Shown: positions 51,243 to 62,424 of the stretch, piece by piece | Layout of the letters: each line of letters starts with the position of its first letter | Numbering within the stretch: the first letter of the stretch is position 1 | Assembly: GCA_965603825.1 (NCBI GenBank) | Contig: CBFDEM010000011.1 | Coordinates: 930,001-994,000, forward strand | Length of the DNA: 64,000 bases | Direction: 5' to 3' | From: Blepharisma stoltei ATCC 30299 | Taxonomy: Eukaryota > Protista > Ciliophora | Notes under the pieces: model-generated | Databases searched by the model: none | Seen by the model: the letters and a program-made list of their open reading frames with translations, nothing else | What the model was told of the DNA's origin: nothing | Position numbers and translations under genes: made by a program

Positions 51243-51869
51243 ATGCTTAACACTAATGGAAGACAAAGGAATTTAAACACACTGATGCCAATGCAGCTAA
51301 AAGGACAAGGACTTTCAAGAATCTCAAGCACTTGCACAGACGAGAGTACTAATAGTTTTTTGGTAGAAATTGACTATAATCATGATGTTGATGGAAAAAT
51401 AAGAGATGAAATTGATGCAAGATTTAATCGATCCCCGACAAATGCACATTATAAGTTCCCAAGAGAAAAAGAAAAAATCATAAGGCAGCTGCCTGTAATT
51501 AATTACCGATCCTTAGCCCGAGAAAAAACAATTGAAATTAATCGTAGAAAAGATTCGCTGAATAACAGTTCTCATAGGATGGGAAATATAACAGAATTTT
51601 TAAATAAAAGCCTTAAAAGCAGCTCGCCGACAAGAATGAAAAAATCAAGCCCAAGAAATAGAATTGGAAAGACCCCAAGTCCATTATCAACTGTCCTTTT
51701 TAATTTAGCGCCGATTACCTCAGCCACACCTAGCAGTTTGACATCAAAACATAGAAATAAACACTCAGGATTCCAAAAATTGCCCAAAGAGTTCCGGCAT
51801 AGTGTTAAATCTCCAAGCCCAGCTCCTATACATTTGTATTCTGTAAGTCCAGATCTTAAGAAATTATAA
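51243..51869 (+). CDS. Hypothetical basic Ser/Pro-rich protein
   Basis: 208-aa ATG-TAA ORF. Confidence 0.65.
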   Translation: MLNTNGRQRNLNTLMPMQLKGQGLSRISSTCTDESTNSFLVEIDYNHDVDGKIRDEIDARFNRSPTNAHYKFPREKEKIIRQLPVINYRSLAREKTIEINRRKDSLNNSSHRMGNITEFLNKSLKSSSPTRMKKSSPRNRIGKTPSPLSTVLFNLAPITSATPSSLTSKHRNKHSGFQKLPKEFRHSVKSPSPAPIHLYSVSPDLKKL

Positions 51870-51909
51870 ATAATTTAATGTAATTATTTCTTAAGACTTA
51901 ATTAATGGC

Positions 51910-53679
51910 TTAAAACTCCCAATGGCTAATTTTTGGTATTTGTGTTCCTAGTAAAATGTTTTTTATAATTGTAAAATTCAGAAGATTCGCAGCAACTAGT
52001 TTTAATCTTGAGGTAAAATCATAAAAAATTTTGGAAATTGGGACTTTTTGGGTGTGCAATTTCATATAATTTGTAGGAAAATAGACATTTATTGGTGTTT
52101 GGACCATCTCGAAGTAAACTGATCTAGTGAAATATGTGGGATAGATAAAGTAAGCCCAAAGCAAAAAGCAGGGAAAATGATTTAAAAAGATCAAGGCGAA
52201 CGTTAAAATAGTTTGGACGAATTGGACACTTAATCAGATACTTACAAAACACAAGTAATACATAGCAATTGTAGGATACAGGAAAATTAAGCCAGTAAAA
52301 ATAAGAGTTCCTAATAAAATTTCGTCAACTGAATAATCCCCTTTGTCGATTCTCTACATAACTTTTACCCCTTTTAATACGTTCTTTTTATTTCCAATTA
52401 TAAGCCTACACAAAGAATGGATAATTTGTATCTGCAGACTATAAACTTGCCCAACAAATACATAAATATAATGTCTATATAATATTTACATATGCAAAGT
52501 GCAAAAATCTACTAAATCTGATAATAGAGCTGTTTGGAAACTGACACCAAAAACGCCGAATATTGCAAAAAGCTGCACTATTTCAGGCTCAAATTTTGTT
52601 AGAAAGGTAGTTACATAGTTTCAGGAGTCTATAAGGATTAAAATGTTTTTGCCTATTGTGTTGTCTAATGCCTCGTTTGGCTTAAAACCTGCAGGAAGGC
52701 CCATAAGTCAGGTAATTTCTGATTTTAAGACCTCGATGTGGACTGTTGAGCCCAATGTGTGGAAAACTAATAGGGTGTCTGAAGCAAAGTGGTGCAGGAG
52801 AAGCAGCAAAAATATACCGATCAACCAATCAAAAACTGCTTGCATTACTATTGCTCGGGAGGTAAGATAATCGTTTACAAATCCTCTTGCTAAATATGGA
52901 CATGGGTATTTTGGCTTGATTGCCATATCATTTAATTCCCAGGTGCTCAAAATATTTAATCTTTTGCTTAAATGCCAAAAAAGTTTGCTTTTAATTGGCA
53001 GATCGCTGATCCCTTTTTGGATAATTGGAATTTTACTATATAAAAATTACAAATTATAAATCGCCAGTATAAATTCCCCTAAAACTTGAAAAATTAGCAT
53101 AATGACTACGCATCCTGAATAGAACGAGCTTTTGCTTCATTTTCCTGCAGGAGGCGGCTCAAGTTCTAGCTTTGTTAATATTCTTTTTTCAATAAATGCA
53201 CACCGATTAATCTGATTGCATACAAGCTGTAGAGTAGAGGGTTCCATTTTCTGCAGTTTTTGTGGCTGGTTTATGAGTTTTCTGTAAAAAATTTCTGGAC
53301 AAAGCATATTGCAAGTGTCTATATTAACCTTTGAGTTGTCATAAAATATTATGTGGGCACTAGCTTTATATCGATATCCACAACAATGAAGATCCATAAG
53401 TCTAATGCAATTAGATTCCACAGTAGCAGAAAATCATATATCAGAAACCGCTCTTTTCTCAATGGCTTCTTGAGGTTCTTGTGTTCCAGCACTCACAATT
53501 CCTAGAACCTCTACCTTTTCTCCGATTTGCTTAAGTGTATTTTCTATTTTAGCCAAAGGAAGATCAAGGACAGTTATGATACAGCAAACAAAGCCTCGAA
53601 TAGACCAGCCTATTATATAGCCTTCTTTATTTTGACATTGTGTAGGCCAATATAGTTGTGTAAGTGTTGATGCCTTCAT
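51910..53679 (-). CDS. PIGQ: GPI-GlcNAc transferase subunit PIG-Q/GPI1, ~574 aa, three 15-nt introns
   Basis: W(TGA)LMGLPAGFKPN and KKNVLKGRIDKGDYSVDEILLGTLIFTGLIFLYPTIAMYY match the Gpi1 domain once introns 53036-53050, 52475-52489 and 52354-52368 are removed. Confidence 0.88.
52354..52368 (-). other. 15-nt spliceosomal intron
   Basis: gtaaaagttatgtag. Confidence 0.88.
52475..52489 (-). other. 15-nt spliceosomal intron
   Basis: gtaaatattatatag. Confidence 0.88.
53036..53050 (-). other. 15-nt spliceosomal intron
   Basis: gtaatttttatatag. Confidence 0.88.
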
Positions 53680-53699
53680 TTAAATATAGAGTAATTAAT

Positions 53700-55478
53700 A
53701 TGGAATGCCCTATATGCTCAGAGCTATTCAACGAAGGAGATAATTGTCCTCGTTTGCTGCGATGTGGTCACACATGCTGCGAATTGTGCTTAAATCAGGT
53801 TATTGACGAAAATCAAATAACATGCCCAACATGTCGAAGTATTTCAGTAACAGCAGGAACTTCAAGTTTACCAAAGAATTATACAGTTCTTGAGTTCATA
53901 GCAAATACTAAATCTGCTGAACTCGTAAACTGAGCAAAATCAAAGCTTCCAAGTCAATGTCAAGAGCATCCTGAAGAAAATGTTATCAGATATTGCATTG
54001 AAGATTCTAAGCCAGTTTGCGCTGAGTGTATTTTATTGCATAATGGACATAAGCTAGTTAAATTAGACGATCCAGTCCTAGAACGAAGATATGAGGTTAA
54101 AGGGCTCATAGGAAAAGTTGAAGAAATGCTAGATACAGCTCAGAAAAAAGAAATCGAAATTGAGAATAGAAGAGAGCAACTAACTCAGTCAACAGAAAAA
54201 GAATTAGGGAGAATTGATGGATATTTTGCTAGAATTTATGATAAACTGGAGCAGAAAAAACAATTTTTAAAAGAAAAAATAGAAGAAGAGTCCCAAACTT
54301 GTGGGGTGAGACTGCAATCAGATTTAGACGAAATTTCACAGTTTGTTATACAAGTTCAACAATATTTGGAAAATTTAAACACTTTAAATACAAAAATCGA
54401 ATCAATGAGTCCGTTGGAGCTTACTAACTCCAATTGATCCCATACAATAACTTCAAGTAAGCGCGAAGTGCACCTGCTTCTCTCCCAATGCCAAAAAATC
54501 TCTATGATTGATTCTACTTCAGTCATATCCTCACGAGCACTTTTTAACCCAAAGCCATTGGAGCAAGAAATAAATAAATTCGGGATGATTTCTGCTGGAG
54601 TCGATTTTAACAACCCTGCCATTTATTGTTTTGGGACTCAAAACACTGTCCTTAAATTTAATTTAGCCACTCAGCGCTGGTCTCAAACTGTTATATTAGA
54701 AACAAACGGCTACGATTTCAAAAATTTTGCCTCAGCCGCCGCTCTTCCTAATGGAAGCATTTTAATTACAGGAGGCACAAAATCTAACGAAGTCTACGAA
54801 TTTAAGGAAAATCGTATGATAAAAAGAAACAGCATGCTGCATGTAAGGTCATCTCATAATGCTGTATATTTTAATGGTTTTGTGTACTGTATAGGTGGGT
54901 ATAATGGCTCATCCTGGCACGATAAATGTGAAAAAATTTCTATAGAGACCTTTGATACTTTACCTATTGCAAGCTTAAATTATAGAAGATGCGCTTTCAG
55001 CTCTACCATATCAGGGAATGATATATATGTATTTGGAGGGTATGATGGCACGAAGTATTTGGACAATATTGAAAGATACAGCGTGATTAAAAATAAATGG
55101 GAAACTTTGCCTTGCGTTTTGCATAGGCCGCTTCAAAACACTGGGGCTGCTTATTATTCTGACAATAAAATTATGATTGCGGGAGGATATAACGAAAAAG
55201 GAACACTCAATGTAGTAAGAAGCCTAGATTTAGAGACCTTAGAATGGACTACATTGGCTAGTATGGCACATACAAGATACCTTATGAATAAATTCCATTT
55301 TTGCTCTGGCTGCGTATTTGCTATCGGTGGGTCTGCCCAAGGGCAAAATATTGAATATTACAGCATTGCAGAAGGCAAGTGGACATCCACTAAACCATAT
55401 AAAGATTTCACAGAAGACACAATGTACAAATGGGCTGCTGTCATAACTCAAGACTCCGAAGTCCCACGAGGTCCTTAA
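53700..55478 (+). CDS. TRIM-like RING / B-box / coiled-coil / Kelch-repeat protein, 592 aa
   Basis: CPIC...CGHTCCELC...CPTC; CQEHPEE...YCIEDSKPVCAEC..LHNGH B-box; Kelch GG motifs (IGGYNG, FGGYDG). TGA at 53931 and 54435. Confidence 0.9.
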
Positions 55479-55544
55479 CCTAATTAGAAAACAATTAAAT
55501 CTAATTTCTATTAGAATTCCCTAAGAAATCTGAAAGGCCTTTTG

Positions 55545-55740
55545 TTTTTACACTCAATTCTGCGGCCTTTAGTCGCAACACAAGTCAAGGAAACATAAGT
55601 CCCTTACTCTTGAGCACTCAAAGTTGGAACCCCATTCCCAAGCGTGCCCTGGACAATCAAATAAGGTCAGCCCAGTAGCCTGTAGGCCCAGCACGTGTAA
55701 AAATGGCTGCAGCTATGGTGCGGCCATCCCTTAGCAGATG
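55545..55740. ncRNA. Candidate structured non-coding RNA or element (unassigned)
   Basis: GC-rich island in otherwise very AT-rich intergenic DNA. 9-bp inverted repeat 55545-55553/55695-55703 plus hairpins at 55561-55577 and 55703-55727; no convincing ORF. Confidence 0.5.
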
Positions 55741-55850
55741 TTAAGTAGGACGCTCAAATCTCGATTTCTTTGAGTTAAGTATATTTTCCTGAAAGCACTT
55801 TGGTTCACCTTTTTCGCCCTTTTGGATTATGGTTTTATAAACCATTAAAG

Positions 55851-56249
55851 ATGCCAAAGAAGCGTAGGAATAATGGAAGAAGCCTGAAGAACGCTGGTCA
55901 CGGAACTCCAGTTCACTGCACACACTGTGGTAGAATCGTTCCAAAAGACAAAGCTGTAAAGCGCTACACTGTCAGGAACATGGTCGACGCCTCATCTCTG
56001 AGAGACATCAAAGATAACAGAGCCATTGAGAATTTCGTCATTCCTAAGTTCTATCTTAAGCTCGCTTACTGCATTGCATGCGCAATTCACCACAGAATTG
56101 TAAGAGTCAGAAGTCACGAGTTCAGAAAAATACGTAAAGTCCCAAGAGTTTTTGTCAAAAGAGAAGAGGACAAGCGTCCAGCCCAAGCAGCCAAACCACA
56201 AGCAGCACCAGCAACCACCGAAGCTGCTCCAGCAACCACTAGCGCTTAA
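55851..56249 (+). CDS. RPS26: 40S ribosomal protein S26 (eS26), 132 aa
   Basis: MPKKRRNNGR...CTHCGRIVPKDKAVKR...YCIACAIHHRIVRVRS; Ala/Pro-rich tail. Confidence 0.97.
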   Translation: MPKKRRNNGRSLKNAGHGTPVHCTHCGRIVPKDKAVKRYTVRNMVDASSLRDIKDNRAIENFVIPKFYLKLAYCIACAIHHRIVRVRSHEFRKIRKVPRVFVKREEDKRPAQAAKPQAAPATTEAAPATTSA

Positions 56250-56715
56250 TCTTAGATAAGACAAATTCTATTAATTCTTCTGGTAAAAGAGTGGTGGAAG
56301 TATTAAATTTTTGAGATTGTAAAAATAGCTGAGATATAGAAAAGATCAATGCTCTTGCAATATTTTATAAGAGAATTAGTTGAACTTATCGCCAATGTGA
56401 GAAGCTTGAGAATTTTTTTAGATCTTTTGTCACATCAATTGTTTGCAAATTTAGTTAGTAGGTTAACTTAAGGAAAAAATGTGCAAAAAGATCGCAAACT
56501 TCGAAAAGAAGTTGAAGATATATAGGATTTTTCAATTCCGAAATTCATATAAACTCATATATTAAAGAAAATAAATTGAAATTAAAATCAGAAAAAATTA
56601 ATTTATGATATAAATTTTTGAATCTCAAACAATAAGACCCATTACAAAGTCACTTAGATTGGGCTTTCTATCTCTAAATCGACAATTAAAGCTTCCTGAG
56701 CTGTTTGGAATATAA

Positions 56716-57312
56716 ATGGGGTGTGGGTCATCAAACGAACCTAAAAAGCAGCCGGAAGGCTTAGTCGTAACCAGCGACAACAAAAAAGCTCTAAATCTCG
56801 ATGCCAAAGTAGTTCTATTAGGAGATTCTGGTGTTGGGAAAAGCTCAATCGCAATGAGATACGTAAATAACACATTTTCCGAAGCATTTGAAGTTACTAT
56901 TGGAGGAGGATATCTTCAGCAAATAGTCAGGCTTAAAGACGGCTCCAGTTTAAAACTCGATATTTGGGACACAGGCGGCCAAGAACGATTTAGAGCTCTC
57001 CTGCAGCTTTACTACCGAGATGCAAATGCTGCTCTTATCACATACGATGTTACCAACGAGCGTTCCCTTGAAAGCTGTGAATACTGGGTCAACGAATTAA
57101 AAAACACTGAAGAAAACTGCATTTTATGCCTTGTAGGAAATAAATTAGACATCCCAGCCCCTGAACGAAAAGTTGACGCGAAAAAGGCTGAAGCTTTCGC
57201 AATAAAGCATGGGATGGTCTGGTTTGAGACTTCAGCTAAGACTGGAGAAAATATCAACAAACTGTTTGAAAGAGTAGCACAAGAAATAGTGAAAAGAAAA
57301 ACTGAAGGATAA
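56716..57312 (+). CDS. Rab5-related small GTPase, N-acylated type (Rab5b/ARA6-like)
   Basis: GDSGVGKS, WDTGGQERF, GNKLD, ETSAK; begins MGCGSS and has no C-terminal Cys. Confidence 0.9.
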   Translation: MGCGSSNEPKKQPEGLVVTSDNKKALNLDAKVVLLGDSGVGKSSIAMRYVNNTFSEAFEVTIGGGYLQQIVRLKDGSSLKLDIWDTGGQERFRALLQLYYRDANAALITYDVTNERSLESCEYWVNELKNTEENCILCLVGNKLDIPAPERKVDAKKAEAFAIKHGMVWFETSAKTGENINKLFERVAQEIVKRKTEG

Positions 57313-57328
57313 TCAATTATTATAGATA

Positions 57329-58468
57329 TTATTGAGTTGTACATTTTTCGCCACAGTGTTCAGCGTAAGCATCAGAAATAATGCTCCTGAGCTCTGAAAG
57401 GTCTTTTCTGATTATAGCGGTAATTTCTTTGCATTGGTCAAGAGGCTCCCCTGTGACTTCTTGGATCTGTTGAGCAACGCAAAGGATAATAGATAAATCT
57501 ACTCGTTGGCCAGTATGCATTATGCTTACTACTCGTACAAGCTGAGTCAGCTCTAGCATTATTTTAAACAATTCGCTGGCGAGGTCTCTTGCTTCGCCTC
57601 GTCCGCTGCATTCTTTTTCTAATTTCATCTGTGCCAGCTGCAGCTTCAGCTCACTGTTTTCTTGAATTAATTTATTTTGTATTTCTTCGATTTCAGTAAA
57701 CTGTTTTTCTATTTTATGCATTTCTTCATAAGTGATATTTCTGTATTTTAAAACTTTCATAATTTTCATTTCTTTGTTGTAATTAGAAATAGCTTTTACC
57801 ATACTTCCTTGTTTTGTCTGCAGTTTGGAATTTATTTCATTAAGGCTCTCAATTTCTTTTTTCAAAGCTTCCAGCTTATTATCTCCTTCTTTTAAAAGAT
57901 TTAAAAGCCTTTGTGTTTCTTTTTCTAATTTTTCAATGCATTCTTTTTGGTTTGTGTTTAATTGCTCTTTCAATCTTTCGCATTCTGCTTCTTTTTCTTC
58001 AAGTTTTTTCTTAATTTCTTTTAATTCTCCATTAGAAAGCTGCTCTTTTAAATTTTTTATAAGGATGTTTTTTTCGTGCAGCCTTAAATTGAGATCGACA
58101 ATTATTGAGTCTTTTTTTGTTAATTCTGATGTGTAAGCTGAAGCTTTGGTTTGGGAATAATTTAAAGCTGAATATTCATATTTTACAGGAGAATTGCATT
58201 TTAACTCGGAAAAGCTGAGGTTGCTGCTTAGGCTTTCAGATTTTTGGTGGAAAGAGGCACGGTGTTTTGGGGTTAGACCTGCAGATGTTGTGGCTGATGA
58301 GTCTGGGGTTATAAAGGAATTTTTGGAGGATCGAGGCAATGCAATTGGGATATATGCTCTTGATGTGGATTGAGACAAAGTTTTAAAAGGTTTCGCAGTT
58401 TCGTTAAAGCTATATTTTCGAGGAATTCGTGATTTTGGGCTGTGTGGGTTTGGGTTTGCTTCTGTCAT
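57329..58468 (-). CDS. Coiled-coil protein with Ser-rich N-terminus
   Basis: 379-aa ORF; heptad E/K/L-rich middle; ends YAEHCGEKCTTQ. Confidence 0.75.
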   Translation of the reverse strand: MTEANPNPHSPKSRIPRKYSFNETAKPFKTLSQSTSRAYIPIALPRSSKNSFITPDSSATTSAGLTPKHRASFHQKSESLSSNLSFSELKCNSPVKYEYSALNYSQTKASAYTSELTKKDSIIVDLNLRLHEKNILIKNLKEQLSNGELKEIKKKLEEKEAECERLKEQLNTNQKECIEKLEKETQRLLNLLKEGDNKLEALKKEIESLNEINSKLQTKQGSMVKAISNYNKEMKIMKVLKYRNITYEEMHKIEKQFTEIEEIQNKLIQENSELKLQLAQMKLEKECSGRGEARDLASELFKIMLELTQLVRVVSIMHTGQRVDLSIILCVAQQIQEVTGEPLDQCKEITAIIRKDLSELRSIISDAYAEHCGEKCTTQ

Positions 58469-58658
58469 TTACAAAATATATTATGGCGAGTTCCAATAAA
58501 AGCTAGAAATTTGCAACAGGTCAAAAATTTTAATTAAAATAAATTATTATTATTATTATATTAAAAGCAATTTAAATTTATTTTCATTATTATATTTAAA
58601 ACTTGTTACTGAATGCAAACTTTTAATTACACATGTATTTTTTTATATCGATATTTAA

Positions 58659-60329
58659 ATGTCTAAAAGAGTCCAAAATGAGCTCACCCCAAGCATAGAG
58701 CAAGGTAATTTTGAAAGAGTCTGCAATTTATTAACCAAAGCGAATATTGAAGAAAAGAATCATATTGGCTGCACCCCTCTTGCAGTTGCAACTAGATCAG
58801 GACATTTAAAAATCGTTGAATTACTTATAAAAGAAGGTGCCAATATTAATGCAGTCAATGATGTAATTATTACACAGTAGGCAGGGCAAAGCATTCTTTT
58901 TATAGCTTGCTGACACAATCATAAGGACGTTGTAGAATTACTAATAAATCAAGGTGCTATTGTGGATCAGCCTGATCAACGTGGATGAACTCCATTAATT
59001 ATAAGCGTTTACCACGATTATACAGAAATTGTTGAGTTATTATTGCAGGCTGGAGCAGATATAGAACATCAAGATTCTGTAGTTTTTATATAGTTTGGGA
59101 AGAAGGCAATTGACAGAGCAAAAAATGTGGAGATAATTTCGTTACTGAGGAAATATTCAGAAAGTGAAAAATTCGATAAAAAAGTACCTTTATCCTTGCC
59201 TGGCACCCCGTATTCAATTTCTACGTTACAAGATCTCTTAAGGCCTAAAAGCAGAGATAGCTTAATAAATCGAGAATACGAGCATCCACAAAAGCCATTA
59301 AATTCATCTAGCTTAGAGGCAAGACAGCCTACTCCTTTAAAACAAAAATCTACTCGTTTTGAAATACCAGAAAATCCAGTAGACATTCTGGAAAATGACG
59401 AAAAAGGATTCTTGGATATGGACTATAAAATAAATGAGCAACTTAATCAAGCAATAGATGTCCTTCAGCAAGAAATAGAAGCTCTAGTCAATAGATCTTC
59501 AAGAGAATTATTTATAAATCTCAAAGAATATGTATTTAAAACTGTCGAAAACCTATTAAGCAGTAGAAACTATAAAATTTCAACGTCTAAAATTCAAGTT
59601 GATTTTTCTGAAAATTTTGAGTTTAAAGATCAGCTTGTAAATATTTCTACTTATAGGTCACAATATAGCGAAGAGCCATGATATTCAAGTAATAATCAAG
59701 ATAAAAGAATTGACGCGATTAAAGAAGATCTCTATAGAAATGTGAATAAGCATATTGGAGAATTAGACAATAAAGTAAATGAGCTTTCTGGGAATCATAT
59801 AAGCCTAGAAGTTAAAAATAGGATTTTTGCAGTTAAAAATGCAATAAACTCAGAGCTGAGTCAATATTTGCTATATTTAAGTGGCAGAGTAAAAAATATT
59901 CTTGAGGAGATTGCATCAGAAAGGATTAAGGAGATATGTGAAGACAATAAGGCTGCTTTTCCAACATATGGGAATAAAATAAACAAATCAAGCACTTCGT
60001 CTGTTGAGGATTATGAAATCGCTGAATCTTTAAAAATTCCGAAACATCGCTGAAGTGGGCATAAAGAAAAAAGTGAATCTCAAGGGTTTTCTAGTGGATT
60101 TTTAAGCAATTTTTCACAAGACTTTACAAAATATAAAAACCCTCAGATGTCTTCTGCATTTCAAAATGATGAATTAAGTCAAAGCTATTCGAAAGAAACC
60201 TTGAGAGCGATTACCCCAGTTAACTGATCGAAATATTCCAATGGGGATTCCAAGCATGCTCCGCCCTCAACCAACATTGCATCAGCACTGCAAGGATTTT
60301 TAAACTTTGAAGAAAAATTTGGAAAATAA
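58659..60329 (+). CDS. Ankyrin-repeat protein with long low-complexity C-terminus, ~545 aa
   Basis: GCTPLAVA...GHLKIVELLIKEGANIN; GW(TGA)TPLIIS...IVELLLQAGADIE. Introns 58863-58880 and 59079-59093; stop TAA 60327-60329. Confidence 0.85.
58863..58880 (+). other. Intron with tandem CAGTAG acceptor (15 or 18 nt)
   Basis: gtaattattacacagtag; only the 18-nt splice keeps the frame open. Confidence 0.7.
59079..59093 (+). other. 15-nt spliceosomal intron
   Basis: gtagtttttatatag; removal gives EHQDS-FGKKAID ankyrin spacing. Confidence 0.85.
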
Positions 60330-60489
60330 TTTTAAATTATTAAATAAACACTGGGCATTTATATTTATTTCTTATTACAGAGACTAAAAGCATCCTTTAA
60401 TTGCTATTATATTCAGCTTATATATAACAGCACTTTAGTCTATAATTAGGAATAAATATTTATTTTTTACCATACTATTATTATCTACA

Positions 60490-61968
<1,479 letters not shown>

Positions 61969-62424
61969 TGTAATTTAATTTAGGTTGGATAGGATGGTTA
62001 TAAATATGAAGAATTACGAAAATAAGGTAGATATAATAAGATATTTTCATAAAAGTAACTAGGAAATTTAAACTTATTCAACCAATGTAATATCAATTTA
62101 AAGATAATATTATGCAATAATTAGTTAGAAAAGAAAGGGAAATTATTTTTAAAGAGGACTAAATTTTGAAAATAAAACACTTTATCTATGCGCATATTTA
62201 TTAATTTTAGAAAATTATTACTCAAATGATATACTGAATAGTTCTCACAAAATTAAAAGGCAGATGAAGCACCAGAATTGATTTAATTAAAAATAATGAA
62301 ACTTAAATAAGCCCTTAATTCTTATAACACTCCACTAAATATATATTTCTACTACATCAAGAAAAATCTCCGATTTCCTGATTCTATTTCTCTAACTTAT
62401 GGTTTAATTTGTTTCGATTAAAAA

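Noticed and set aside
52233-52250. gtaagtatctgattaag as a fourth PIG-Q intron
   Set aside because: The frame is already open with TGA=Trp (FVSIWLSVQ), and removing 17 nt would frameshift.
55500-55800. Telomerase RNA, SRP RNA, RNase P/MRP or spliceosomal snRNA identity for the GC-rich island
   Set aside because: The layout (closing stem plus 3' hairpin) loosely recalls ciliate telomerase RNA, but no full permutation of the heterotrich CCCTAACA repeat is present. There is no SRP helix-8, complete P4 CR-I/CR-V pair or snRNA hallmark motif. Left unassigned.
55800-55850. N-terminal extension of RPS26 in the ORF track
   Set aside because: It uses a TTG start; the conserved protein begins at ATG 55851. 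The same applies to non-ATG starts at 27388, 42510, 48857 and 53664.
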